DNA of 64,000 nucleotides from positions 2,003,481 to 2,067,480 of the forward strand of contig MU004232.1 in NCBI GenBank assembly GCA_010405405.1, read 5' to 3'. The notes beneath the pieces are model-generated. The model did not search any database and was not told where the DNA came from. It saw only the letters and a list, made by a program, of their open reading frames with translations. Within the stretch, counting starts at the first letter, position 1, and each line of letters begins with the position of its first letter. This DNA is from Microthyrium microscopicum (Eukaryota). Position numbers and translations under genes: made by a program. Positions 26,801-37,791 of this stretch are shown here, one piece after another.

Positions 26801-27070
26801 CGCGCCGCGCCACGGGAAAAGGGGTTGATGGGGAAAGTTGCGGGCGCGGTTGGCGTTCATGTCGCGGTGTATGCTACGTGGGCGCTGGCGACGTGTTTGT
26901 GGGCTATGTGGCTGAGAAGACACCTGATGCTGTTTCGCGTTTTTTGTCCAAGGTTTTTGCTGGCGGGTGTGACGTTGGTGGGCGTGGATGTTGTTGTTGT
27001 GTTGGCGGCGTTGGGGGGGTTGAGGTGGTGGGGATTGAGTGTTGGTGGTGTTTTGGGGTTTCCGGATTAA
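23891..27070 (+). CDS. GPI13: GPI ethanolamine phosphate transferase 3 (PIG-O/Gpi13)
   Basis: 1059 aa. Motifs GFLLTR, IIDALRYDF, ADPPTTTLQR.KGLTTG.LPTF, GDDTW, HLLGVDHAGH, GDHGMD.KGDHGG, many TM helices, and C-terminal LRRHLML.RVF.PRF. Confidence 0.95.
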   Translation: MSHDTSVAYNTIPIPRTPLPASSSAMPKDGSVKSTKSSNTEYASISKQWADAKAVKQLEATQSEDSVELSRRAAASLKQAEILFTVKQGLLMTWFAILVLLHVLGLYLFTSGFLLTRMVLDDTSNCTAPPVALESKLSLGNSQTGCWHPKSFDKAVVIIIDALRYDFTVPYQAPEYNLNEPPRHYHDALTVLYETAVQSPENAVLLPFIADPPTTTLQRIKGLTTGTLPTFIEAGSNFAGEAIEEDNLIAQLRTANRSVVHIGDDTWHALFPGYFNAELTKPYDSLNVWDLHTVDTGVITHLLPLMQPANASRWDFLIGHLLGVDHAGHRYGPDHAAMADKLRQMDRFLRDVIAQVDERTLLVVMGDHGMDSKGDHGGESDDEVQAALWMYSKKPFFGRRKGTDMRPPMTAKERAVGQIDLVPTLSLLLGLPIPFNNLGAPIFEAFAGRLGTNWENLSRVYRLAGAQIARYMGEYAAVRKLESTNRKQYDMATTLWGSRTDKRGSSDPWEIIHTAYWLYQKETLKLCKSLWAQFDVTSMVSGITVLALTLGVLLVYSRSIPGNLADLSPLLVRRAGIGLVLGVAAGFGVNAMLQSSSWLGMMALSTAIGGLLGSVWGLIPSAPSMSLPIPRSIFSWISVIFTLALSIGFASNSYTIWEDRILLFFLTTLSILFCAASLRQENVVDRAYGCYHSILFGVLTRLASFSRLCREEQMPYCESTYYSSSSSSTIAAWQLLIPVAIAFALPGIIKQYHQNTQSYHHSAVLWYGFAFRSALWLSAVFWLLNTADDHAWLSTYISESTMKTTKVMLAQTALGIAIAVGYSIYAWSAPFLSITTSTPTANSPPIAGLANVHGTRYLPLLTIYLAPILLLQKPLGAGTTALLAWQILALLELLSTLNLASPIGPTTLALLASFHYFTTGHTATLSSLQWDAAFIPLHTIRQPFSAILIALNTLGPHILCALAVPLIPLWRAAPREKGLMGKVAGAVGVHVAVYATWALATCLWAMWLRRHLMLFRVFCPRFLLAGVTLVGVDVVVVLAALGGLRWWGLSVGGVLGFPD

Positions 27071-27458
27071 GAAGATGGTAGATGATGGGAGAACGGGTTT
27101 GAGTGGGTGCGTTATTTGGATGGTTCGAATGCATTGGGGGGATTTTGTGTATTGTATGTATATACGTCGGTTGGTTCAAAGGTGGGTTTGGCTATTCGGG
27201 CAGAGTATGTCTCCATGCTATGAAAAGCGCATTCATTCAGCTCTAAAAACGGAGAGCCAAAATCTTGTCCTAGCTGGGAGCACAATATCTATGACCTTCA
27301 AGCATACTGTGATGAGATATGACCAGATTATTCCACCATCACAATCGTTAATTTGCCCTGTCCGTCATTGGACAACAAGTTGAATAAATTTACGAAATGA
27401 CCAGTACCCTTCTAATAGCCAACTTCCCAAAACACAACACCTGACTTTGCTTTGCTAG

Positions 27459-28746
27459 CTATGTCTCAGCACCTCTCCTCCGACGCGGGCGCAGTCGACG
27501 ATATGCTGGAGGTTTCGGTGCGCCTGGAACAACGTCCATCATATACGCATTCTTCATAACAACCAACAATTCAATTCCAGACTCCTTAAACAGACTCTGA
27601 ACATCAAGAGCAGGCCACTTCGCAAGACCCTCCCCTGTGAAGATTGAGCCACATCTAGGGACCTTCGTTGGCTCTATGATGCATATGCTATTGAGGCATG
27701 GCAAGAGATCGCTCTTATGCTCACGGAGTTCTGTAAGCCAATTGTATGTTGATTTCGACATAGTGCCATACTGGAAGGTTTCGAATTGCTCGAATGAGTT
27801 GTATAGGAAGCCAGAACCCCATTGGAAATATACCTGTCATGTAGATTTAGTGTCTGCGACTTAGGGTAAATCGAAGGGAAAGAAATACCTCAATATGTTC
27901 TACGCTGGGAGGAAGAAGTTTGTAGAGGCCATCTCGGTCTGGGCTTGGTCCTGGGCTGTTGAAGAATAGGAAGTGTGGTACATCTACACGCTTTAGGAGT
28001 TTGAAGGAGGTGAGGTTCAATCGTGTCCCGTCGGTTCTTGGCCAGTACTGTAATGGCCCGCTTAGCTTCAATTCTTTCAGGGTCAGTGTAGTGGACTCGA
28101 GAGAGGTTGCGATTTGTCGTGGCGATAGCACGTCTGTCATTGCTGGCCTGGTTCGTGGTCCTGGTGTTCCGGGAACAGTACATGTGAGAGAGGCTAGTGA
28201 CTTTAGGGGTTTGAGGAGGTTGTGGAAAGCGTCCAGCGATATGTGAGACTCAAGCTCCAGACTTTCCACAGAACATGCGTCAAAGCTGTCTTCAAATAGT
28301 GGTTTTGAGATAGGCGGCGCAGACGTAACTCGCCAATGGAACTGGATCTTTCGAATGTGTTCCCGGTGCTTCAATATCGAAACCAGGTAAGGGTATGCTG
28401 AATCTGATCCTTCCTCTGAGCCGGAGTTGCAAGCTTCAATAACCACGCGTATGCTTTCGATGCTATCCAACATCAGGAACATAGCATGCAGCCTTCGCGA
28501 AGTCGCTGTATCAACATCTCTAAGGGATATGTCCAAGTGCCGGACTAGACCTCTAATCTTAGTGCTTCCGGCCAGTGTCTGGGCTAAGAGATCGAACGGT
28601 GCGAAGTGTATCCTGATTCTGCGATAAAGTTGTTCTTGTGCGGCCTGGGCAAAACATTGAGAATGTAATGCTAGCCTAGCAAGATCCTGCGGTAGAATAT
28701 GAGCAAAGATGATGGATAAAACGTCATAATTGAGTGTGACTGGCAT
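27459..28746 (-). CDS. F-box-like / leucine-rich hypothetical protein
   Basis: N-terminal LNYDVLSIIFAHI...LARLAL.S..F...A...LYR.I resembles an F-box, followed by LxxLxL repeats. Intron 27834-27888 joins the last exon in frame. Confidence 0.7.
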
Positions 28747-29415
28747 CGAAGGACCTGAAATAAGCACTGAAATCTGGCATATAAATGCAACGATACACAT
28801 GAATATAAGCAATTGCCTTGCCTTTGGAATACGCGGAGCATTTGCCAAGTTGCGGCACAGCAACACTTTTCTAGGTGGCACTGTATCCGTGAGCTTCGCT
28901 CGTTTTGAGATACATATCGTATTCGCTAAGGTAAATATTGTTTCGGCACAAAGACCACCAGATGATGGATAAATAAGAATTCTCGCCAATGCAAATTACA
29001 AATATTCTCAATGAATCCACCAGGTAGCGTTAGATAGTGTTAAGTTATCAAGTATCAGAGCTGCGCTCCCCTAGCTGATAAGCACCAAGACGAGATGCTG
29101 GCTCCTGATTATATTGAACAATTAGAAGGCCGATCGATGTTTCAAACGATACTGTGGGGTAGCGCGTAGATCTATAGATGTAATTCGTATGCCTGTCAAC
29201 TTCATGTAGTTTCCCTCGGCTAGGCTGAAAACCTCATTGTCTGATTGGATCCGGCTATATTGACTTTGACCTCACTTGTTACGACGACTGTATATAAGTT
29301 CAGCGAATTCCCCACTCTGTAGAAGAATTAGTCTGAGATTGTCCTGAGTCTAGTAATACCAAGCTTTCTTCTAGGTCAAAAAATCGAGAATTGCTTGTTG
29401 AAAAACATATATACC

Positions 29416-30450
29416 ATGGCGACCGAAACGAACGGGCAGAGTGCTCATAGACGCGATCTTGAAACATCAATCTGGTATGCTGATGAAGATTTGTATGCCA
29501 AACAATTAGAGCCCAAGGGAGGGAAGGAAGACTTATGGCAGGGTGGTGATATGTAAGACCCATATCATTTCACAACAGAGCAGTCACTGATCCATAACTC
29601 CCCAGCTTCTATCCCAGCCCACCCAAAATGAAGGTCGACATGACCGTCGAAGATGTAACCGGCCGCGAGCGAGACTTCTCTCTCTGGAAGAACGGTTTCA
29701 TGTACGCCAAACAGCACACTAACACTATCACCAAGACCGGAGATCTCGCCGACAACGACAAGATCGTCAAGGAATACTACCCCGAGATGGAAGCCTGGCT
29801 GAAACAAGTGTACTTACTTGCATCCACTAGCCCTCTCATGTCAGATACTAACACCGTTCCTTAGTACTGGCGCGCCTAGAGTGCACGTTTTCCACCACGG
29901 CGTCCGCATCTCCGACTCCTCACACCACGTCAACGGTCTCAAAAAATCCGAACTCGGCAAGAAATTCCTGCCCCAAGCCGCTGTTCTCGCCGCCCATCTT
30001 GATCAATCTTCCTGGCAAGCGACGCAAGTGCTGCACAACCACTATCCCGACGAGACAGAGACGTTACTCCATGGCCGCTTCATGTTAGTCAATGCGTGGC
30101 GGCCGATCAAGACAGTATATCGCCACCCATTTGGTGTAGCAGATGCGTCGACAGTGCCAGCGAGTGATTTGGTGGTAAGGCAGAACCGGTGGTTCAAAGA
30201 GATTCGAGAGAGTATGGGGATTCGTCCAAACAAGGGGCATAAGTGGTACTACAAGTACAAGCAGGAGAGGGAGGATGTGTTGATATTCAAGCAGAGTGAT
30301 AACCATGGAAGGGCGAGGGCGTGTCCACATACGGCGTTTGAGGATGAGGAGTTTAAGGATGCGGAGCCGAGGGAGAGTATTGAGTTGAGGGCGATATTGT
30401 TGTGGCCGGAACATGAGAGTGTTGAGATTGAAGTTGAAGGCAAGCTATGA
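29416..30450 (+). CDS. CmcJ/AsaB-like oxidoreductase (often annotated as methyltransferase-like)
   Basis: Motifs FSL..NGF, YYPE.E..LK..TGA.RV.VF.H..R, AHLDQS, NAWRPI, HKWYY, CPHTAF and RESIE.RA. Introns 29553-29605 and 29810-29864 restore one frame. Confidence 0.8.
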
Positions 30451-30880
30451 GGCACAAACAAGAAAGAAGTAAGAGATTCTGTTATCAACGGGTATGTTTC
30501 GTATTGTCAGAGACAGTTATAAACAAAGTTTTGAACAAAAGGCTATCAACCCGTATTCGACGTGAGGTGTAGGAAAACAATACAACCTCCCCTTTCAGCA
30601 TTAATAATTTCATATACAAACAACACATGCCACTGCACCCGATGAGAATAATGTACAAACCCTGCTGTCGTAGGGCGAGAACCCAAACTATATACCCGTC
30701 TGGCTCGTCATCAAACATTGATAGGTGCCGTAATCGTCAGGTCATGAAAGAAGCAAATAATTCGCTAAAACGCACAGGGCCATACGAGGCTGAAAGAATG
30801 AAGGCAAATGCTATGCAGAAAAGAAACGCAATGCAATGCAGGTGTGGAAGCAATGGGGGCCAAGAGGTCAATCGAGCTGC

Positions 30881-33235
30881 TTAGAAGACATCCTCCGGCC
30901 ACTCCCAGGCTTCGCGGTTAGGTGCTAGACGTGGCGTGTTTGTGCCGTTGACTGCGCGCGAGGGAAGGTGTGGGACATCGACTCTATCGGGTCGCACGAC
31001 CAATGGACTGCTGTCCTGGCGGAGGTTTGGGCGCGAGAAGTTGATGCTAGGAGGAGGACTTGTTGAGCGCGCACGACGGTGAGAGCGAGTTGGTGTGTTC
31101 TCCTTGCCACGAGAGGCTGTTGGCAAATCGTTTTTGACTGGTGACATGGAGCGTGTATGACGATGAAGTCGATTTCGGTCCTTGGTGGGTGTAGGAATGC
31201 TCGATTGGAAAGGAGATTTACTCTTCGCCATTTCGAACGAGCGAGCAAGTAGATTCTCCTCAAGAACGGTGTCGAGACTGCTACGACTATTCGACACCAT
31301 TTCATTTGGAATCACCTCAAGGGGTCCAAGAACTGGAGATGAAGCGCTTGCACGAAGCTTTCCCGGACTCAAGTGTGGGTTGGCCTTGGGCCGTACGCGA
31401 CGTGGGCTACTCTTCTTGCTTGGGCTTTTCTTAACACTATTTTCTCCCATTTCAGGCTTGCTTGAGGAGCGAACCAGCTTCTTGTGTTTCTTAAGCACTT
31501 TGCGGATTGCACCCTCTGGGCTATTATCTGTAGAAGAGAACTCAAAGGCTGAAATGACAGGCCCTTTGACTTCTGTAACCGGCGAAGGAGGTGGAGCGGC
31601 TCGGGAACCCGGGGTTGCAGGCTCCGGAGCTAAAATTGTACGAGCTGAAGGCATTTCTGGCTGTAGCGCTGCGAGATCTCTGAACGGCGATTTCGACAAA
31701 TCCGGCATTGGTTGGGAAGCAGCAGACGCAGCAATACTCTCGTTCAACTCCGCCTCCGTCATAAGGAGGCTTTCCGATGGTAGAGTAGGCATTGGTTCAA
31801 AACCTCTAGGACGAAGATGACCTCGAGTCTTTGGTCGTTGTTCCGGCTCATAGGCTGTGGCTGGACGCTCAGCTGCCGCGATTTCATTGAGCTTGGAACG
31901 TGTTCGTTGAAGTTTCGCCTCAAGATCACCAACTTTCTTGCTTAGCTTAGCTTGACGAGCAAGATCCTTCTTTGACTTGGAAGATCGAAGCAAATTGTCC
32001 TGACCAGCTGATGTGAATGGTCGATCCTCTCGAGTCGCGGACCCTGGTGTTGCTGGTAAAGGCTTTGTTTCAGGAATGAGCAAATGCTTTGACGGACTAC
32101 GAATTAGGTTCGACTCAGATGCTATTCGCTTCAAATCAATCAGTGATGGAGTTCGAAGATGAAACTTCTTCTTTGAATTGATGTTGCCTGGAACAGCAGA
32201 CACGCGACGCCCTAGAGTTGGTGCTGGAGCAGGTTCGTAGTCCATCGGGTCCTCCATAGACGGTCGTAAATCTTCAGTCATATCAATTCCAGAATCTCGC
32301 TGATTGGGAACTTCGGGTTCAGGGTGATTGTAGCCTTTGGAAAAGACTTTGGAACCCATGGAAGGGTGTCGAGAGCCAAGGGAACCTAATTTGCCATTCT
32401 TTTTCAAAGTAGCATAAGCTTGTTCCGCCTTGATTTGTCGCTGAACCAATTCATCATCGTCATACTCGGGCAAGGTAACTTTGCTGTCGTTTTTGCCGGT
32501 GGCGATTTTTTGCCAGAGGTTGACAGGATTGACCATTTGGAAGAAACCGGACTTGCGACTCCGAGTTGTTGAAGCGGATTGTTCAGAGAACGCCATCGTT
32601 GCGTCGCTTGAAATAGAAGTATTCGCATGATGGGTCAGGCCGGTGAACTGGGTGGCTCGACTCGCGGTTCGAGATGTGTGCATTAAAGGTGGGCGTTGAG
32701 TCTGGTCTTCATGATATCGTTCCATCAGATTATCCACCTTATCCACTGATGGATTTGGACGATGAGCGCCAGGTAGGAATCGCATGAACATGCTTGGAGG
32801 TTTTTCGCTTGGTCTATCCCGCATGGTTTCTTCACGAAATCTAGAAGCTCGACCCTCGGAGGTTTCATTGGGCCCTTTGGCAGATGGAGTACGTTGGCCA
32901 TTTTCAGACACAGATTCATATCGTTTGTGTCTCTTGGTGTCTAGGAAGGAGTTAAGATCCCCGGTTGGTGGACGTAGCGGACTAGTTGGCTCTCGCTTAC
33001 GAGAAAAGTTGACATCGCGGGCATTGTTAATAGCTCGAGGAGTACGATCCAGATCCTCATCCAGTACCATAGGCAAAGGTTTGTTGAGCCGGTTCATTGG
33101 CGAGTGGGCGGCCTCACGAGGCAAAGGCTTCTAGAATCATATAATCAGCATCAAGGGTGTATGTAAAGAGACGAAACAATTGAGCGATGGGCGTGGGTGG
33201 TACTGTCTACATACCTCGTTTTCCTTACGATCCAT
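30881..33235 (-). CDS. Fungal conserved low-complexity protein with coiled coil and C-terminal WEWPEDVF
   Basis: 747-aa ORF. A short first exon MDRKENE (33235-33215) is joined via intron 33131-33214. Confidence 0.75.
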
Positions 33236-35963
33236 ATCCTAGATTAAGGTTTTCGGACCATAGACAAGCTTCAGTCAAGTATAGAAGAACAGGGAACCAA
33301 GTTTCAGTAGGCGGGACCAGGGCGAGAGAAATTAGATGAGGACAAGGATTGATGGTCAGTCAGGAATAGAGTTTGAGGTTGTAAGTGAGGCCAGAGGGAC
33401 AGTTAGAAGGAGAAAAGGTATAAACAAGAGAAACAGCAAAGAGCTGACGGCCCGCAAAGGTGGAGGGTCAGAGAAGTTGGGAATAGAATTAGAAGGCCAG
33501 CATGGTGGGTGGAGTAGTAAATGTTGAAGAAGAGGAGGTTTGTTGTCGTTGCGGTTAATGTTCGATTGAGCTAAACAAAACAATCGGCTGGTCCAAGCTC
33601 CTTGCGCTAATCCTAGTCACCACGCTGAAGAACGCGCTATCACGTGTGCATACTAGCATACTAGCGTGGCGTTTCCATCGTGGGGCTAGAGTGGGGCACC
33701 TCATTGGCTCCATATTAATGCGCTTTCTCATCTTCATTTCTGATATTTTCACCATATGCAGTGCGTGGCCGGATTACAGCTCTTGAACTTAGTATTACTT
33801 CTCCTACCTTTGTCTAGCCAAGCTATTGATTTTTAGTATACTGCCTGGGTTCTTAGTCAAGCTCAAGTATGGCTGATTGTAATGGCGATCATCTTAACTT
33901 AAATCATAAACATTCAAAGCATTTTCTATGCTAAATGCTCACGATATATTCTTCATTAGAGATGTATAGCTTGCCTAAAACTGATCGTTTGATCACATAT
34001 CGCTACTCCAAAATCAACAATCTGTGCATCAGTGCAAGGCAACCATCTCGGCGAAGACCAACATCAACACTAATGCAGTCACCTATAACTTATCGTTGCA
34101 AGTCTCTCCTGAATGACAACATCCTGCCGTACCCAATTCTTCCACGTTCAACCAGCACAATATAACAGCCTCTTAGTTCCTACACCACCAATTGACGTAC
34201 ACAACACCCGTGGAACAACCAAGTATATACAGGGCAACCTGCCACCCGCCCAAATAGTCAGATACTAGATCTATATGTCGCCAAATATACGCTCTGCCAC
34301 CAGGCTCTCAATAGCGCTAACTAAATAGCAAAGACCTAATATCACAACAATCCCAGAAAACCGACTACCAATTGGCGCCGGCCCGAGTAAACGGTCATAT
34401 GCTTTGAGTAGACTAGCAATCCATGTCATGCCAATATATCGTGAAAACAGCATCTGCATTAAAAACAACAGAACATCAACATTATACAATAGTGTCCAAG
34501 AAACGAGCCAGCTAACTACAACGTAATAGTACCACAGCTTATATACAAAGCCCCAACCTCAACAATGCAGGAACAACAACCCCCTCGCCCTCTACCCATC
34601 TCATCCCATCGCACAGCACAACCTTAAGCACCCTTGCACAACAACCACACCACTTGCCATACTAACCCCTACTTCCCAATCCCTACCACCCATCCCAACA
34701 TTTCACACCGCTCTGCCTCGCTCCGCCATGCTCCATGGGGTGACAAACAGACACCCATGATCCATGTACCCGCCCCATTGAGCACAGCACATCGGCGCGG
34801 CGTGCCTAGTCCTGGCGTATTTTAGGCGTGTGGGAAACACATGGTGGCAGGGAGGTTGCTTGTTGGAGTGTTCGGATGTCGGAAGATGAGATGGTGCGGG
34901 CGATGGTGTGGTTTGTGGCAAGGGTGGTGCTGGTTGATGGGTGAGTGTTCTTGGGTGTTGATTTGGTGCGTTGGTTTTGATGGTCAGATGGGAGTGGGAT
35001 GAGTATGGTGCAAGGCGTGGGTGATATCAAATGCTGGTGGGAGATCGTAGAGGATTTGGCGGGAGGGAGTGGATGGGTGGGTTTATTTCCTGTTTCTGTC
35101 TGGAGGATGCTTATGATCGGTTGGGGTACCTTTTATGTAGATGCATGGGAGGATGCGTTGGTTTGACAGCAGGTGTTAATTATGATTGAAAGAAGATGAT
35201 ATCGAAGTCTGAAATAGTGCTCATATGGTGATAAGTTGGTTAATTTGGTTAATTTGGATTTGAAGAGAAAGTAAGTTTTCAACCAGGAGATAATGATAAG
35301 CAAGTTCTATCTTATCAAAACGTCTTGCATAAAGAATGGCCATGTTAACACAGACCGATTTCCAGAATCCAAAAAGACTAAAAACGAAAAGGTTCATAAT
35401 TATCCGCCCAATGCCCTTCCCATTGCCTTGAATTCTTTCCCAAGACATATGAAGAGTGTAGGATCAACACTAGAAAAAAAGAAATGCCTGTTGCTTTCGC
35501 CTATCCGTTACCACGAATCCCTAGGTGGAGAAGATTTATGTGCATGAATAACACCGAAATTCAAGTTGCTGGAACCAAGAAATCAACCCAAATTGCAAAG
35601 GTATTTCTTGGATCTGAAGAAAGAAAAACCGAAATAGGTCCCAAGAAAAGGTTAATCCGGTTTTGGTGCTCATGGTGGTAGAGCCCCAGATCAAGCTTCA
35701 GCCGCACTGTCGCAGTGTGCTGGGTCGGCGCTTGCACTCAACGGAGTATGGCGCGCACGCGAGTGGAGAAATTAGGGTCGCAAGATAGCCAAAACTGTCC
35801 CGTTGGTCGGGTCCGACCCAGTGAAAATATATAACCCGCAATCCGGTGGTTCCTTCCACCAGCGGCAAACCACACCAAAACTCCTGGGCATCACAGCCCA
35901 ATCCTGAAGCATTTTGCATATAATGAAGTATTTCCCAACCAGTCGGTGAATAGAGATTATGGT

Positions 35964-37791
35964 TTAAGCTTGTCCGAGGTGAGGAAGTGGTCGTCGTCGG
36001 GCAGTCCCATCTGCTCTACGATAGGTCATTGAATCGAGTGTGATGTCGTCCTCGCTAGGAGAGGAGACTTGTGGTTCAATTTGGTAACTATGAGAGTAGG
36101 CCGCATCTAAGCCAGAAGCAATGGGTCGTGCACCATGTCGCAACGGTTGCTCAAGTGGCTGGGTATCAAAGGTTGAAGCAAAGTCGCGCTTGTTCGCATT
36201 TACAGGCCCAGGCTGGCTATGGTATCCATTGGGTTGATGATGCGACGGAGCCCGCACGTCCTGAGGAGGAATCGCTGGTGGGGCATAGGATGGTGCTGGA
36301 GGCGCTTGTAGACCCATGCTATGGGGCCCTGGATGGATCGGAGACAACTGGGGCGGTTGCGTATGGCCAGTTGGTGCGCCATAAGCTTGCGAACCGTAAT
36401 ATTGCGGCTGTTGCATTGGTGGTTGCTGAACTTGAGGTTGTGGCGTCGAATTTGCACGAGAAGGACCCGAGCTGTGCATCGATGAAGGATACTCTAGACT
36501 GTTTTGTCTAGAATGATGATGCTCCTGTTGGTATGGTGCAGCATATCCATATTGTGGAGCCATTGCCTGGGGTGGAGGTTGATATTGGGGTTGTGAGTAG
36601 GCTGTCGCTTGTGGTGGTGGCATGTATGGTTGCTGCATCTGCTGATGCTGAGGCCACTGCTGAGCCATTGGATACTGGCCTTGTGGGACCTGTGGAGAAT
36701 GAGCATACCCATTATGTTGATATTGTGGATGGGCTTGTTCAGTAGATGGTCTACGAGCATGGCCATGCACACTGCTAACAATGCTCGACGACCGAGGGCG
36801 CTCCATGTTATCTGCTGGAGGAGGATGAGGAGTGCCGGCATTTGGTTGGGCACTATATGCATCTGGAGTGGCGCTCACACGCCGGCGATCAAAGTATGGA
36901 TCCTCTTCAACGTCGTCGTATTGGCCTCCTTTAACAGTTTGTGGGTCACGACGTCTCATTCTCACATCGCGGCGAATACGGACGCGGCAGCCTTGTTCAG
37001 CAAACATTTGGCTTAGCGTTGTGCTTGTTGTCAATCCAGGGAACTTCTTGGCCGAGAAGACAGTGAAGGGAGCAGTCTTGACTTCCAAACGATGAGAAAC
37101 ATGTGCGGACTTCATGACCTCTGCGTTGTCTGGAGTTTCAGAATCCATGTCCTTATTATCCTTAAGTTCTTCATATAGAGAGAAGTTCAACCGGTATTTG
37201 CCTTCATGTCGAACTGAGAGGTCTGGGAAGATGAAGTAGCCTGCGGGAGTGGGACGTTCCAGAAGAGCCATGCCAGCAACTGGGCTGCCGGTGAGTACTG
37301 GCACTGTGCTGGTGGAGCCAGGTCCTCGCCCAGTAGCGATATGGCGAGCATTTTCCAGAGTAGCGAAGACGAAGAAGTTGGCCAAATATTCATAAGTGAT
37401 ATCTTTCTCACATTCCGGACCACCCTCAAATACTTTGAGCTCGATAATCGGGGGAGGATCTACAGGCCGTCTGTCGGCACAAGCTACATAGTGTTAGATC
37501 AGTTTATCGGTCGACAAGAAAACTGGACTTACACTTGGCGCCAGATCCACATGCTCTTGCACGATCAGGTTGTTGAATCACACGTGCATGATAGGTGATT
37601 CTCCGGCCTTGCCTAGTGATACGGGAAGAAGTAGCATAAGTTTCGTTGGCCACTTCAACAGTGCCAGCTTCTTTTCGAGCCCGAGAAGCATGGCCATTGA
37701 CCTCCGGGTTTGGCATGGCCATCGTTGCTGCTGACATGTTTCCGGTCAAAAGACTATTAATGCCGATCTTCTCTGACCTAGCAGCATTCAT
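35964..37791 (-). CDS. veA: Velvet-domain developmental / secondary metabolism regulator VeA
   Basis: VIQQP.RARACGSGAK|SCADRRPVDPPPI.EL across intron 37484-37532, ANFFVFATLE, AGYFIFPDLSVRHEG.YRL.F.LYEE, KKFPGL..ST.LS, AEQGCRVRIRRDVRMRRR and C-terminal M.YRRADG. The start could be the downstream ATG (MSAAT). Confidence 0.95.
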
